Assembly: GCA_963693365.1 (NCBI GenBank)
Contig: CAVNZM010000014.1
Coordinates: forward strand, 1,798,001 to 1,862,000
Length of the DNA: 64,000 nt
Direction: 5' to 3'
Source of the DNA: Amoebidium appalachense
Taxonomy: Eukaryota; Protista; Ichthyosporea
In this document: piece by piece, positions 1 through 17,278 of the stretch
Layout of the letters: the number at the start of each line of letters is the position of its first letter
How positions within the stretch are numbered: position 1 is the first letter of the stretch
Program-made: the position numbers and the translations under genes
The notes under the pieces: model-generated
Seen by the model: the letters and a program-made list of their open reading frames with translations, nothing else
What the model was told of the DNA's origin: nothing
Databases searched by the model: none

Positions 1-7
1 TGGTTAC

Positions 8-265
8 TTACATCAGTGAATCGAGGTGATGTTTCAAATCCATGAACTCCGTCTCTGCCCATGTTTCTGGTTTTGTAGCATCGGCTTGCTCGGCAGCCTC
101 CACAAATTCAATTAAGGAAACAGAGGACATTGCCTTTTCCGGAAGGCAGCATTCTACCTTTGCACCTGTTCGGTTGAGTTTTCCAGCTGGATTTGGACGT
201 CTCCAAGGCTCGGTTCCAGACGTTTCGTCTGCATTGAAGCTCGCAGACCTGAGTGATTGATGCAT
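8..265 (-). CDS. Small hypothetical protein (85 aa)
   Basis: ATG-to-TAA ORF of ordinary composition in non-repetitive DNA (MHQSLRSASF...EFMDLKHHLDSLM). No family recognised. Confidence 0.45.
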   Translation of the reverse strand: MHQSLRSASFNADETSGTEPWRRPNPAGKLNRTGAKVECCLPEKAMSSVSLIEFVEAAEQADATKPETWAETEFMDLKHHLDSLM

Positions 266-934
266 GTTAGGCGCATGTGAAGACGGATGTTTGTAAGAAA
301 GGGAGAAAGGTAATGGCTGGTTGTGTTAGTTGCACTGTGCGACCCTGAAGTACATGTGTTGGGTGGAAGGTTAAACCCTCAAGTGTGTTGAGGGGTAGGT
401 TGCTAAGTGATGGTGTTTTTTTTGGAGTGCTGGACAATTAGGTTACCTTTCAAACTGCTCTGGATTTGATTTTTATCTGAGTTTTATTTGAACTTAACTT
501 AGCTTGAATCTTATGAGGCATCTTTGCCGTGTTGTTTGCATCGTTTCTTAGGGGTTTTTTTGGTTTTTATCATACAGAAAACATTGGTTCTATGTAACAG
601 AGATTTTCTTTGTCCAGGCCTTGGAAGCTCCCTTTCTAGAGCATTTAGTTACAAACCGAAAACGGCAGGTTGAGAGCCAGACGCTAGCCAACTATGGTTG
701 TTTTCAATGGCATAGCCAGTGGCAACGTGAACAAGAATGGGAAGTGGGCTTGTGAGCTGAATTTAGGAGGAAGTGAAGAACAAGGCGATCCGGGAGAAGA
801 GGGGCTGCTCAGGAAAGGAAAGAAGGCAAGGTTGCAAGCTCAATGAAAATAATACCACACAGCCGCCTATAGCAGAAAAAAAGAAGGCCATCGAGGGATG
901 AAACACAGCACTGGTGGGTGGTGGGGTGGGGATG

Positions 935-959
935 GGTGTGTGTGTGAAGGTGTGTGTGT

Positions 960-1005
<46 letters not shown>

Positions 1006-1321
1006 TGTGCGTGTGCGTGTGCGTGTGCGTGTGCGTGTGCGTGTGCGTGTGCGTGTGCGTGTGCTTGTGCGTGTGCGTGTGCGTGTGCGTGTGCGTGTGC
1101 GTGTGCGTGTGCGTGTGCGTGTGCGTGTGCGTGTGCGTGTGCGTGTGCGTGTGCGTGTGCGTGTGCGTGTGCGTGTGCGTGTGCGTGTGCGTGTGCGTGT
1201 GCGTGTGCGTGTGCGTGTGCGTGTGCGTGTGCGTGTGCGTGTGCGTGTGCGTGTGCGTGCGTGTGTGTGTGTGCGTGTGCGTGTGCGTGTGCGTGTGCGT
1301 GTGCGTGTGTGTGTGTGTGTG

Positions 1322-1374
<53 letters not shown>
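935..1374. repeat. Compound microsatellite (GT)n-(GCGTGT)n-(GT)n
   Basis: Directly visible. It is the source of the His/Thr/Cys/Val ORFs at 763-1566. Confidence 0.95.
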
Positions 1375-1377
<3 letters not shown>

Positions 1378-1934
1378 GGGGTCAGGATCAGAGGGAAAAA
1401 TGAGTTGGGGGGGGTGGGGGGGTGGGGAGGGATATGAAGTGAAGCATTGGTGAATACGACAGCTGCAAGACGGTAGTAACATGTTTTGTTTGTGGCAGAA
1501 GGGGAAAGCTCCACTTACGCGACTGAAGCCTTGAGCTCGGCCATTTTGGTTCTGTGGGTGTCTCACGAGAGCAATACTAGTCTATTATAGCCATAATCTT
1601 GGATAAGGGTATCTACGTAATACGGTCTCTCTGCCGATGGGAGGAAAGTTAGACAATGGTTTCAATTCGCAGTGTTACGGCCATGTATCAAGAGCGCTGT
1701 TTTTTCAAAGCGCGTTGAAACCTGCACAAATAACGAATACTCAAACCCGTGGGAGTTTCCTGTTATGGTTGTGCACTTGCTCTAATACTCGTGCGTACTT
1801 TTTGTAGCTTAGAAGTTCAGCAGGAAAAATGGGGGTTTATGCACTTGGTATTGCTGCGGACATCGTCAGGGACCCAGCCTCACTTGACGGCCTACTGCGT
1901 TTTCCAGCGCAGCCAATCAAATGCAGCTAGTGAG

Positions 1935-3144
1935 TTATGTACACTGTATGCGCAATAAAACAACCCTAGTATAGATAATTATGGATATGCAGAAGCTACA
2001 TAGCATTGGTAGCTCCGAGAGAAAGTTAAGACACCGTATGACAATATCATACTGTGCAGCATTAATAAGGTGATCTAACACGGTCATTTTATAACGGATA
2101 TACTGGGGGAAAGAAGTAGAAAAGAGAATAAAGCCGCCCATAACCTCTGGTTCTACCACATTAGCTAACAGGTCACACTTATTGATAGATATGCATCCGT
2201 GCACGTGAGTAAACCGCCCCCCACACATATTACACATGTACATACGAGCAGGAGACACCAAAAACCGATTACAACGCCAAGATAAATCATCTTTGCATAT
2301 TTATACGACACAACATCATGAATAAACGAATCTATATAGGAGCGAGATTGTCTAACCGTATCCGCCATATAGGCTACTAGTAGTTGGTGTTTTTGCTGAC
2401 CTAACACTGGGAGGGACTCGACACGTAAAGTAAAAAGGTATCTATCAGCCATAGACTTAAAACTATTCATAGTCACACTATGATCCAGCCGTAACTCCGG
2501 TGGAGTCGCCAGCCACTCCGCATCTCGACAATGGGCCTAGACGATGTGGAAGGGAAGAGGTAGAGGGGCGAGTCCAGCGAGGATGCGTGTAGCCGGAAGA
2601 GTGGATGGGTCGGGGCAATGGCGGATAGGCGGGTGATGTGCTCGTGAAATTTAAGGGCTAATTCGTGTATGCGTTGTGATGGTGGTGTGAGTGCGTATAA
2701 AGAATCGAAAAGGCGTCTAGAAATAGGTATGGAAAGGCCAGTAATTGAAACGTATTTGTAGTGGAAGTCATCTAGTGATTGGGGAACATTTGCAACGGTA
2801 TCAGGGGGTGCCATAGCAAATAAAGGCAACCCGTACTCAGACAAAGGGCGGATAAAGGTGCGAAATATATTAAGACGGTTGTGTAAGTGTAAAGTAGTAG
2901 AAACATTAGCATGATACACATCCCTAAATAAACGAAGACACCTGCCTGCACTCTCCACCCGACGGTCGACCATCCGTTTGAAACATATGCCCCACTCATC
3001 CACCGGAACCCCCAAATACTTATTCGATCGGGCGAGGGAAGGGACTGCCGAATATATACAAACGTCGTCCGGTATCGATTTTGATAAAAGGGCACACTTT
3101 TTGAAGTTAACCTTCATGTCGTTGCGCAGGAAAAATGCACGCAC
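1935..3144 (-). mobile_element. 5'-truncated, frame-disrupted non-LTR retrotransposon (end of RT, thumb region and C-terminal Cys/His motif)
   Basis: ORF 2473-3144 reads KVNFKKC...KYLGV...RLNIFRTFIRPLSEYG, matching the LINE RT C-terminal pattern (xNxxK, YLG, YxxxIRPxxEYG). It continues in other frames to CNMCGGRFTHVHGC (1935-2261). Confidence 0.75.
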
Positions 3145-3952
3145 GATCGATGATATCGATCGCCCGATCGGCTTGGTGGTATGTGCACCCTGTTGGTATT
3201 TACGAAAGTTCTGGTAAATTTTACAACTAAAAGGAAAAAAAATTACAAACAGACCGTTTTATTTTTTCTTTTGACTGGATTTATTCGACGGAAAGATATG
3301 CAAGTATGCACGGCATACTGAGAAGACAATAAAAACTTCACGAGTTATGTACCGTTTCTTAGATCCCCATTAAGAAGTTTTACAGACCAAAAAGTTATTT
3401 TTAAAAAGAAAGGGTAATCTCGATTACAACAACGATATTTGTTATGAAATTGAGGGGGGGTTTTATTGCTATTAGGTTAGCCAATCATTTTCATATACTT
3501 GAAGATTTTATTGCCAAAGAATCCGTTGGAATGTGGGCCCATTTGTGGCATTTTCCTTCTTTGACCTTGCCTTGTTTTCTCTTCGTCTCATCAGCCTCAG
3601 CCAAGTCACTCAACATCTCGAAATCGTCCTCCAGACCTCTCCCACACTCCCGCCACGGTAGGGCCACGGGCAAAAAAAATCAAAAAAATCAAAAAAAAAA
3701 AAAAGGAAAAGAACAAGAAACACTTTATTTCCGCATTTTATGTGACGCCGTTGCCTATACGTTCACTTTGTTGGGTAGGAGCAATCTTGGCCTTGATACC
3801 AGTACCGATACCTGGCCACAGCTCACATCATCGTGACACTTCGTTGATAAACAGACAGCGCCTTCCTCCTCCTCTCCCCTCCCCCCTCCCCCCTCCCCTT
3901 TCGCACAAACAGTTTTCCCCCGAACCCCATACATTTAGGCTCCTACCGGTCC

Positions 3953-4019
3953 CATGTTGTGTAAGTTCTGTCTTGCTCTCGACGGTGACGTTCGAGAGCA
4001 AGACCGAACTTACACCGTG
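3953..4019. other. Hairpin with a ~24-bp stem
   Basis: gtgtaagttctgtcttgctctcga (3959-3982) pairs with tcgagagcaagaccgaacttacac (3992-4015), with 1 mismatch and a 9-nt loop. Confidence 0.85.
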
Positions 4020-4150
4020 ATATGCCGAGTCTCTCCCCAACCTTCGCTCTCACGCTTCTTACTTCGATATTGATGCTCCTGAAGCAGGCATTGTGGATTT
4101 TTTCCTTATTAGTTCTTTGTGGCCTATATTCTGCCTCACATGGACGAATG

Positions 4151-4231
4151 CCTTACACGTTCACGCTAGTTACATAGTAGATTTGTAATTCGTCCTTACA
4201 CGTTCACGCTAGTTACATAGTAGATTTGTAA
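4151..4231. repeat. 38-bp direct tandem duplication
   Basis: ccttacacgttcacgctagttacatagtagatttgtaa at 4151-4188 and 4194-4231. Confidence 0.9.
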
Positions 4232-4865
4232 ACGCCAATCCACAGTGACTTGCGTGCTCTGTTGGAGAGACAGCGGACCAATAAAAGGGAAATGAGCAGC
4301 AGGGCAAACCCTCACTCTTCTAGGAGTGTTTCTCGTCGAGGCACCTTCTTTAGAATTTTCTCGGATGGCTACAACCAAAACGGCGCACCAGCACCACCTA
4401 TCTCTCAGTTTCTTTATCTCATCTCTCACCCCGCGGCTCTCTCCCTCCCTCCCTCTCTCTCTCTCCCTCTCTTTCACTCTCTCTCTCTCTCGCTGTCTCT
4501 CTCTGTCCCTCTTCTCTCTCTCCCCCCCCCTCCCCTCTCCCCCCCCCATTCTCCCCCCCCCCCTCCCCCCCATCTCTCGATCTCTCTCTTTGTCTCTTCC
4601 AAACTCCCAAACTCTCTCTTCCTCTTTTCCTCTCCGTCCCTCCCTCTTTCATTCCCTATCAATCCCTTCACTCTCCCTCCCACCCTATCTCCCCACCTCT
4701 CTCCCTACCTACCTCCCTCCCTCCCTCCCTCCCCTCCCTCCTTCGCTGCATTCCTCCTTCCCTCCCTCCCTCCCTCTCTCCCTCTCCCCTCCCCCCCCTC
4801 TCTTTTGCTCTCACTCAATCTTGCTTCCTCTCTGAAAAATTGCTCTCGCTCTCACTCTCTTTCTA

Positions 4866-5464
4866 GGGGGGCGGGTTGGTGCAATTGTAATGGTAAGATC
4901 TCTGCGTGTCAAGCTCAAAGTCGCAGGATCGATCCTGGTTACTTCCGATTTTTGTTCTGCGACGGTCCACCGGTCTGGCCGCCCCCTAGAAGCCATCACC
5001 CCAGACCACGTCAAGCAGCACCACCAATTTGTTATCATCCGGCCGCAAGACATGCCGTCATGAACAGCACCGGCCCTCTGACGTCGACGGCGCGCCGCTT
5101 GGGCATCCCGACCCAACGTTCAAGTGGGAAACCAATCCGAGTCACCGGCCACGGTTCGGGTCAGCGTCCTGGGCATGGGGTCTTCCCTTTCAAGTCTTTA
5201 TGTTTGTGTATGTGTCCCGGGTTGCTCCCAGCTGGCGTTGTTAAAAGTGAGCTGTGCTCACGTCCCCACTAGCGTTGCTGCGGCTAGAACCGTGGGATAA
5301 GGCGTAACTAAAAATAGTGCCAGTTGGGGTCAATTAGAATCCTGACTTATGAGTGTGCCGCATGATACAGTACGGTCTATGTCTAGGCGGAAGACGGTAA
5401 GCTCCCCTGAGGCAGTGCCTCGCCGGGAGTGAAACGGGATAAAATAATAAAATAAAATAAAAAA
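4866..5464 (+). mobile_element. Full-length tRNA-derived SINE (~600 bp)
   Basis: 15-bp TSD CTCACTCTCTTTCTA at 4851-4865 and 5465-5479. Pol III A-box-like TGGTGCAATTG (4877-4887) and B-box-like GGATCGATCC (4926-4935). (TAAAA)n-type tail at ~5440-5464. A partial second copy lies at 11852-11942. Confidence 0.85.
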
Positions 5465-5761
5465 CTCACTCTCTTTCTACCTCTTTCTCCGTTTCATTCC
5501 CTTCCTCCCTCCCTCCCTCCCTGCTTCCCTCCCCCCTTACCCCTTCCCTCCCTGCGCCGCTCTTCCCCCGGGTCCCCCTTCTCTCTCCCCCACTCTCCCC
5601 CCCCCTCCTCTCTCTCACTCCCTCACTTTCTCTCTCTCGCTCTCTCTCCATCCCTCCCTCCCTCTCTCTATTTCTCTCTCTCTCTCTCTCTCCCCCCCCC
5701 CCCCCCCCCTCTCTCTCTCTCCCCCTCCCCCCCCCCCCCCCCTCTCTCTCTCTCCCTCCCT

Positions 5762-5792
<31 letters not shown>

Positions 5793-6163
5793 CCCCCCCC
5801 CCCCCCCCCCTCTCTCCCTCCCCCTCTTCCTTTCTCTCCCTCCCTCGCTCCCCCCTACCCCTTTCATAGTCCATCTCCCCCCTTTCCCACACATTTAATT
5901 CCTTGCCATCCATTGCAACCCTTACTGTCAGCACTTCCATTCATGTATCGATTTCTGCCGGGTTATATCACATCATTCGGCATTATGTGCTCTATTGCAT
6001 GTATGACAGTGTTTATCTATTCAGCCTGCATGCGACTGAAACGTGGGCTTGTGGGCATGCATCCATGGGTCATACATACTATCTTATGCATGTTGTATGC
6101 AGTGTCAGTGTGTGGCACTGCACCACAGCTATGATGTGTGACCCTGGCATGTATGCGTGTGTG

Positions 6164-6250
<87 letters not shown>

Positions 6251-6309
6251 GCGTGCGCGTGCGTGTGCGCGTGTGCGTGTGCATGTGCGTGTGCGTGTGA
6301 TGTGCATGT

Positions 6310-6394
<85 letters not shown>

Positions 6395-7504
6395 CGTGTG
6401 TGTGTGTGTGTGGCCATTATACATAATGGTTTGTGTGATGTGTGGATGTGCCTTGGGGAGGGTGCCGAGAGAGGGGAATACGTGTTTGGGGCATCATGTG
6501 TAAATCGAAACACAAGCATGACGGTATGTTCCAGGGTGTCGTGTGTAGCCTATGATGTGTGTGTTTTGTACTGTTTGAGCGACAAATTTGGGTGCGTGTG
6601 TGGGGGGAAGTGTGCGTGTGGTCGGTGCATGTAGCCAATGTGCTCGTACTTGTCCTAACCTTGTCACCCACGCCTGAGCCCTTTCCGCAAGCCGCAGGTA
6701 AATTGCAATAATACCCGTGGCTACGACATAAAATGTAACTTTACATTTTGTTGATGTGTGTGTGCGACGGGAGAAACTTGGAGGTGAAAGGGGAGGGCAA
6801 AGAGGGAAGAAGGGGGGCGAGGGGAGGGGGGGGGGAGGAAAGGGGGAGGGGGGGGGGGATACACGCACGTGGGCATGTTCGTGTGTGGGCATGTGCATGA
6901 CACACAGTCTGTGTAAGCACAGTGAACAGTTTAAACGGATGGTTGATGTAGTATATTTCCTTCGAGGCACGTATGTCCAGCATCTTGTTTGTGCCCTTAT
7001 ATATAGTACCTATGTAATCTGCTTAACTACGTTTGGGCAAATACTTACATGCCTGTAATCTGCACAGATGCTACAATAAGATTACACACATGGAAGACGG
7101 TCAGTAGTAAGAATCCCATAAGCACATTGGTGTCAATTGTCAGCGACAGTTGCAGAGTTGAATGGAAGGTGTGCACCGACACTCGGAAAGGCCAATGTGT
7201 TAAGTGAACATCACAAAACCTAATTAATATCGTGGAAAAATGAAGTGCTAATACACCTGGTGGGATATGTACATTAAAAAATCCTACAAGCTTTTTGCAA
7301 AATGCTGTACTCGGATCATCCAGTGACTCGTCTTTTCAAAAATTGGCTACACCTGTTGCCGCATTGGAAGTTGGAGGGAAGACAGAGAGCAAACAAGGGC
7401 AAGAAAAGAGAAAAGAACACCTATGTGTGGGTGTGTTCTTTACCTCTACATGCCTTGAAAAACGTGTAAAGAAATGACGGATAGTGATGGTCTCTCGGGT
7501 CGTA

Positions 7505-7819
7505 TTACAGCCGCTGTTGCCTCCTCCTCCTGCCCACGAAAAGTGCAACTCCACCGACCATCGCGCAGCCACCAAACATAGCGTATGTGAGAGAGTCTGA
7601 GCTGCCACCCTCCCGAATCAACGCCTCACGGCGAGAAAGGTGGGGAGAAAGGTCGGCTATACCGTCGAGCGCTCTCCTTTGGTCATAGTGAACAACATCG
7701 TCACCATACACAGGTGTTTCCTCCGGTGCATGTGGGTCTGCGAGTTCGTATTTGATGGTTGCTGCCTGTGTGAGGGCAACAGTAGAAAGAAGGGCAACAA
7801 GGGCGCCGGTCAGATTCAT
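7505..7819 (-). CDS. Small type-I membrane or secreted protein (104 aa)
   Basis: Signal peptide MNLTGALVALLSTVALTQA, C-terminal hydrophobic helix (LTYAMFGGCAMVGGVALFVG) and basic tail RRRRQQRL. Intronless. CATAAAAG (~7953-7960) and CCAAT (~8032-8036) lie upstream on the minus strand. Confidence 0.7.
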   Translation of the reverse strand: MNLTGALVALLSTVALTQAATIKYELADPHAPEETPVYGDDVVHYDQRRALDGIADLSPHLSRREALIREGGSSDSLTYAMFGGCAMVGGVALFVGRRRRQQRL

Positions 7820-9559
7820 GTTGGGGTCAGGAAAGCGTGGGATTTAGAGCAAAAAATGAATGGAGTTTTCTAGAGATAGAAAGGTTGTAGTTGGTGTTTT
7901 TCTCATACAGAAGTTGTCGGTCGTTCTGGTGTGGCTGAGGAGCATGCAGTGGCTTTTATGTGACGGGTTTTGTGTTGCATTCGATGTAGGGGAATCAGGG
8001 CACTTAGGGCAGCACTAATCTCGCCCGATTTGATTGGACGTCGTGCTAAGCGTGGATGCCTGTGAGAGCGAAGCAGATGAGAAAGTCTTATGGGTCTGAT
8101 TCTGGAGATATGTATTTCGTTTATCGCACTGTATAGGTGGGTAAAAAGAAATAAAAACTAAATTAAATTTGTTTTTAAAGTTCAAATTTAGTATATTTTC
8201 TATTGTTTAGGTAATAAGTGTCTCGTTTTTGCGATGCACGTCCACGCTCTCATCGCCACTAACTTTTAGTCTGACACTCCTCAACAAGGACCTAAAATGG
8301 GTGTAAATAAAGTGTCTGAGGGATCTGATGGGTTGGTAGATTTATGAGTGGATGCCAGGGATCTTGAAGCTGCATATTCATCAGCTGCCGGCACGGTGTC
8401 ACGGTGTCACGTTCAACTTGGTCACGGGATTAATGTCACGTGTAACGTGGCCCCTAAATCACTACAAAATCAAAGAACTAAGAAATGAGAAACCAACTAA
8501 AGAGAAAGATGAGTTACTTTAAACATATTCCTCATGAAGCGCAACACATAAATCACAACACATTTTGGTGCATGTACGTGTGTACAAATTCGTGCAGTAC
8601 CGTACCAACGCATGTGAACGTCCTGTGTACAAGCCTTGAAACGGTTGACTCGAGGATAACGTGTATGCGAATTAGCTCAACATTCACACCCATCGTTTCG
8701 TGTCAACTCGCGCTCTGTACACGTGGTTGACACAAAGCTCAATGACGTCAAAGGGCTTGATTGACGAAGCCGGCGTACGTGGGGTTCCTGTTTTTCCCCC
8801 GCAGGGGACACGTCACGAGGAGTCTTTTCTCGAACTCTTCGTTCGGCCTACGTGGCCACGGACAACAACGTTGAAAGACACACGCGGACACTGTACTGAT
8901 ATGGCTGACGAGTCGGGCGTGCCCACGCTCTGACCGTGTTGACTCGCAAAAGAGTCGTCAAACAAAAAACTTTTTTGGTAATAACAAAGAGAAGCTCCAG
9001 TGCTAGGCCTCGATCGAGGGCCAGTGGCACTCCTACAGGACCAAGGGCCTCCTATTAGTACTAGTAAGAGTTTCTTTTTTATTTTGCTACGGCATGTATG
9101 CTAGAAGGCTAGACAGCCATGGGCGCGGGAGAAGGAGAAGGGGAGAAGGGCTAACGTTGCCTTCGAGATCCAACATGTACACGTGCACACCACCATAACT
9201 AGAGGGTGGGCGGGGGGAGGCCGGGGGGCCGGGGAAGGAAGGGCAAGGCCGGGGGGAGGGGTAGGAGGAAGGAAAGAGATAGTGTATGTGTAGACATGTG
9301 TTTGTACATGTTCATGTGTGTGTCTGGGGGAGGGTGGGGGGTGGGGGGGGTGGGGGGGGTGGGGGAGGCCGGGGAGGGGGGGCACTGCACCCCACGGGCC
9401 AAATCCAATAGATAGAAGCGCCCGCCCCCCCCCCCCTTTTTTTTTCCTTTTTGTTGTTGTTTTTTTTTTTTTTTTTTTTTTTTTTTGGGGGGGGGGGGGG
9501 GGGGTTAGGGGGGGGGGGTTCACAAGTTGACCCCGTCTGAGCAGGTGGTCTCCATGTAC

Positions 9560-13690
<4,131 letters not shown>

Positions 13691-13894
13691 CTCTATTGCC
13701 GGAATCGCAAAAGCTGCAACATCACAGTGCAATTTTGAGAAGTTTTAGAGACCATCCCCACCCTCCCCCCTCCCCCTTCCCCCCCCCCCCCCCCCCCCCC
13801 CCCCCTCTTCCCTCCCTCTTCAGTGCCTCCCACACATATCAACATGCACGGACACAGCACCCCCTCTCTTCTTCCCCCCAATCCCCCCCCTCCC

Positions 13895-13967
<73 letters not shown>

Positions 13968-14100
13968 CACACCGAAAAATCTTCCCTGCACTGAATAGGT
14001 TCGCCCACTCCAAACGAGTCTCTCCATTTTTGTTGGGCGGGATGGGGGGAGGGGGGTCTGTTCTTTCTTTCTTTTATCTTTTTTTTATTTTTATTTTTTT

Positions 14101-14148
<48 letters not shown>

Positions 14149-14815
14149 GTTGCACCGCCAAGTATCACAACCATCTTAAAGACGCTAATATACGAGGAAG
14201 AAGCCTCATTGACCAGCAATATCATACTTTATAGAGCAATAAGTTCACCCCAAAACTTCGTCTAAGACCCATCTTTTCCTACGTGTCGGCGCCTGGGAGT
14301 CCCCAACCTTTTCGAACCCTCCCTCTCCCTTTCCTTCCAAAAACCTTGATCAACAGTGCATACGCACGAGCATGCACATGCACGTGGACAGCTAGTGTCA
14401 CATGTTCTCTCTCGTGTGTGTGGGCATGGTGCTTGCTTTGCTCCAACAGTCTATTTCACGCGAAAAGTGCATAAACTTGTTCTGAAAGTTTAAGGTACGT
14501 GCACAAAGCGTTATAGAAGTTTTCGGGCGGTGGAGGGTAGGCATCGATGGGTTTTTTAAAGTCTATGGATGGACGAGTGTGTGGGGGGAGAAAGGGGGGG
14601 GGGGGGGGGGAGTGAGAGAGGAGGGTGGAGCGGGTGTGATAGTGCGCAGGTGGGGGGGGGGGGGGGGGGGTTAGGCTCGCCCAGTTTCTTCGAGAGCAAA
14701 GGAGAAGCCTTAGCATTGGCCTCTCCGTCTCCCCGCCCCCTCACAATTTCACATATGATTGTTAGAAGATACTATTCCTTCAGCCAACTCTGCCCCCTCT
14801 TCCCCCTCCCCCTAG

Positions 14816-14850
<35 letters not shown>

Positions 14851-14984
14851 TTTCTCCCTTCCCCTTCCCCTTCCCCCCTCCCCCCTTCCCCCCCCCCCCC
14901 CCCCTTTCTCCCTTCCCCTTCCCCTTCCCCCCCTCCCCCTTCCCCCCCCCCCCCCCTCCCCCCCCCCCCGCCTTTTCCACTCTC

Positions 14985-15272
14985 GCCCATCCCCATCGAC
15001 ACCATCACCACACGTGCATATGCACACAGCAGCAAAAAACAGGACAAAATTCACCCAAATGCACTTAACCCAATATATTGCAATTTCTACCTCCTTATTG
15101 CTCACACAAACTCTCACTCAGCCCTCCTCCCCTCCCCCTCCCGCCCCTCCTCCGCCTCCTCCAGCCCCCCCCCCCCCCCCCCTCCCCCCCCCCCCCCTCG
15201 CTCACCCACCCACCTTCCCCCTCCCACTACCACCGTCACCACCATCACCAGCTAGGTGGGTTACCCACTTTA

Positions 15273-15303
<31 letters not shown>

Positions 15304-15936
15304 CCCCCCCCCTCTCCCCCCCCCCTCCCCCCCCCCACCCCCCCCCCCCCCCCCCCCCCCCCCCCCGAAGTGAGGGGAGTGGGGGAAGGGAGGGGGAGGG
15401 GGGGGGGTCTCCGAAAGTTGAACCTTCCTCTATGTATACCTTCCTTCCTCAGGCATGGGGATGGGGTAGGAGGGGAAGGCGGAGGGGGGGAGGGGGGGGG
15501 GGGGGGGGGCAAGGCATAAAGAAGGCACAAGATTATGACCGGTACCCCCGAAACCACCCCCCCTCCCCCCTCCTCCCCCTGCACCCCTCACTCTCCCCCT
15601 CCCCCGGGGGGCCGGGATAAATGTGAAACTGACAATAGGCACCCGCAAATAAAAGCAAGCTTTGCCAGTGGCGAGGATAAAATGTTGTCTGTTGATGTCG
15701 GCAAAGGGAAGGGCAAAAGAACAGGGTGGCCAGATTGGAAGGATGTGTGTGTGTGTTTTTTCCCTTTAATTTTTTTTTGTTTTTTTGCGTGTGTGCGCGC
15801 GCCGTGTGTCTGTGTGTGTCTGTGTGTCTGTGTGTGTGTTTGTGACCATATTGGAAGGGTGTGTGTGTATTTTTTTTTTCATTTTCATTTTTCATTTTGT
15901 GTGTGTGCGTGTGTGTGCGTGCGTGTGTGTGTGTGT

Positions 15937-16034
<98 letters not shown>

Positions 16035-16378
16035 GTGTGTGCTGGTGGCGGTGGCGGTGGCGGCGGTGGTGATAGTGGTGGTTGAGGGTGGGTGGGTGGC
16101 AGGGGGGGGAGGGGGAGGGGAAGTGGGGGGAAGTGGGGGAAAGGGTTAAAAAAGAGGGGGCGTGGGGGGGGGAGGGGGTGGGGGGAAGAGGGGGGGGAGG
16201 AGGGGACGGGAAGGGGGGGAAGGTGCTGAGTGAGAGTTTGTGCATGCAAGCAGGAGGAAGAAATGCATAGCTATCAGACATTGATAAAAGGATTTGGGAT
16301 TTTGCCCTGTTTGATGCTGTGTGCATATGCACATGTGGTGGTGGTGCTGGTGGTGCTAGTGTCGGTGGGGATGGGGGA
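14985..16378. repeat. Diverged ~140-bp repeat pair in inverted orientation (14985-15125 and 16220-16378)
   Basis: Both copies share tgcatatgcacacagca...aaacagg.caaaat...cacaaactctcactcagc. Confidence 0.7.
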
Positions 16379-16405
16379 GAGGGAGGGGGGGAAAGGGCGG
16401 GTGGT

Positions 16406-16436
<31 letters not shown>

Positions 16437-17137
16437 GGGGGGGGGGGAGGCGGGGGAGTGCTGAATTTGATAACGAGTTCAAGTTTGCAACTATAGGTGA
16501 AAGTCATGGATGGGGAATGAAGGGGCTTAGATAAAGACTTTTCTCCTTCGACGACACTTGGTGAGCACCATCTCCCTTCTCGCCCCTCGCCCCTCCCTCC
16601 CCTTGCCCCTTCTTCCCCCCCCCCCCCCCCCCCCCCTGCCGCCCACCACAAACCCAACGACCCCATAACTCTTTCCCCCCCCCACCCCCCCCTCCGCCCC
16701 TTCCCTCTCACTCATCCTTCCCCCCCCCACCCGCCCACCCACCCACCCACCCATCCAAACCCACCCACCCACCCACCCATCCACCTACCATCCGCCATTG
16801 CCCCCCCCCCCCCTCCCCCCCCCCCCCCCCCCCCCCCCCCCACCCCTCAATCACCTAGCCCACCCCCCCTCCAATTCCCACCCCCACCATCCACCTACCC
16901 ACCCCCCACCCCATCAACCCACCCACCCACCCATCCCCACTCCCCAACCACTACCCATCCATTCACCCACCCACCCATCCATCCACCCACCTACCCACCT
17001 ATCTAGGGTCTACGCCCCCACCTCCCCCCCTTCCTCACCTCAGCCACCCCACCCGCCCGCCCGCCCGCCTGCCCACTCATCCACCCACTCAACCACCCCC
17101 TCGCCCCCACAACCCACCTACCCCCCGCCCACCCCCC

Positions 17138-17199
<62 letters not shown>

Positions 17200-17278
17200 C
17201 CCCCCCAACGCACCCATCCATAGACCCATCAGTGCCTACCCTCCGCCAATCTTAACGACTAAGGTTTCAAGCAGGTAG

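Noticed and set aside
1549-1581. Helitron-like 3' end (hairpin plus CTAG); similar at ~9060 and ~55085
   Set aside because: The hairpins are weak, and no 5' end or second copy supports them.
4151-4231. CRISPR-like direct repeats (also the array at 50975-51330)
   Set aside because: Only two adjacent copies or microsatellite spacers, no cas genes, and a eukaryotic context.
4866-4946. Possible tRNA gene
   Set aside because: The cloverleaf is degenerate and it lies within a TSD-bounded element, so it is a SINE head.
8895-8960. Hammerhead-like CTGACGA followed by a stem
   Set aside because: No GAAA follows the stem, so the catalytic core is incomplete.
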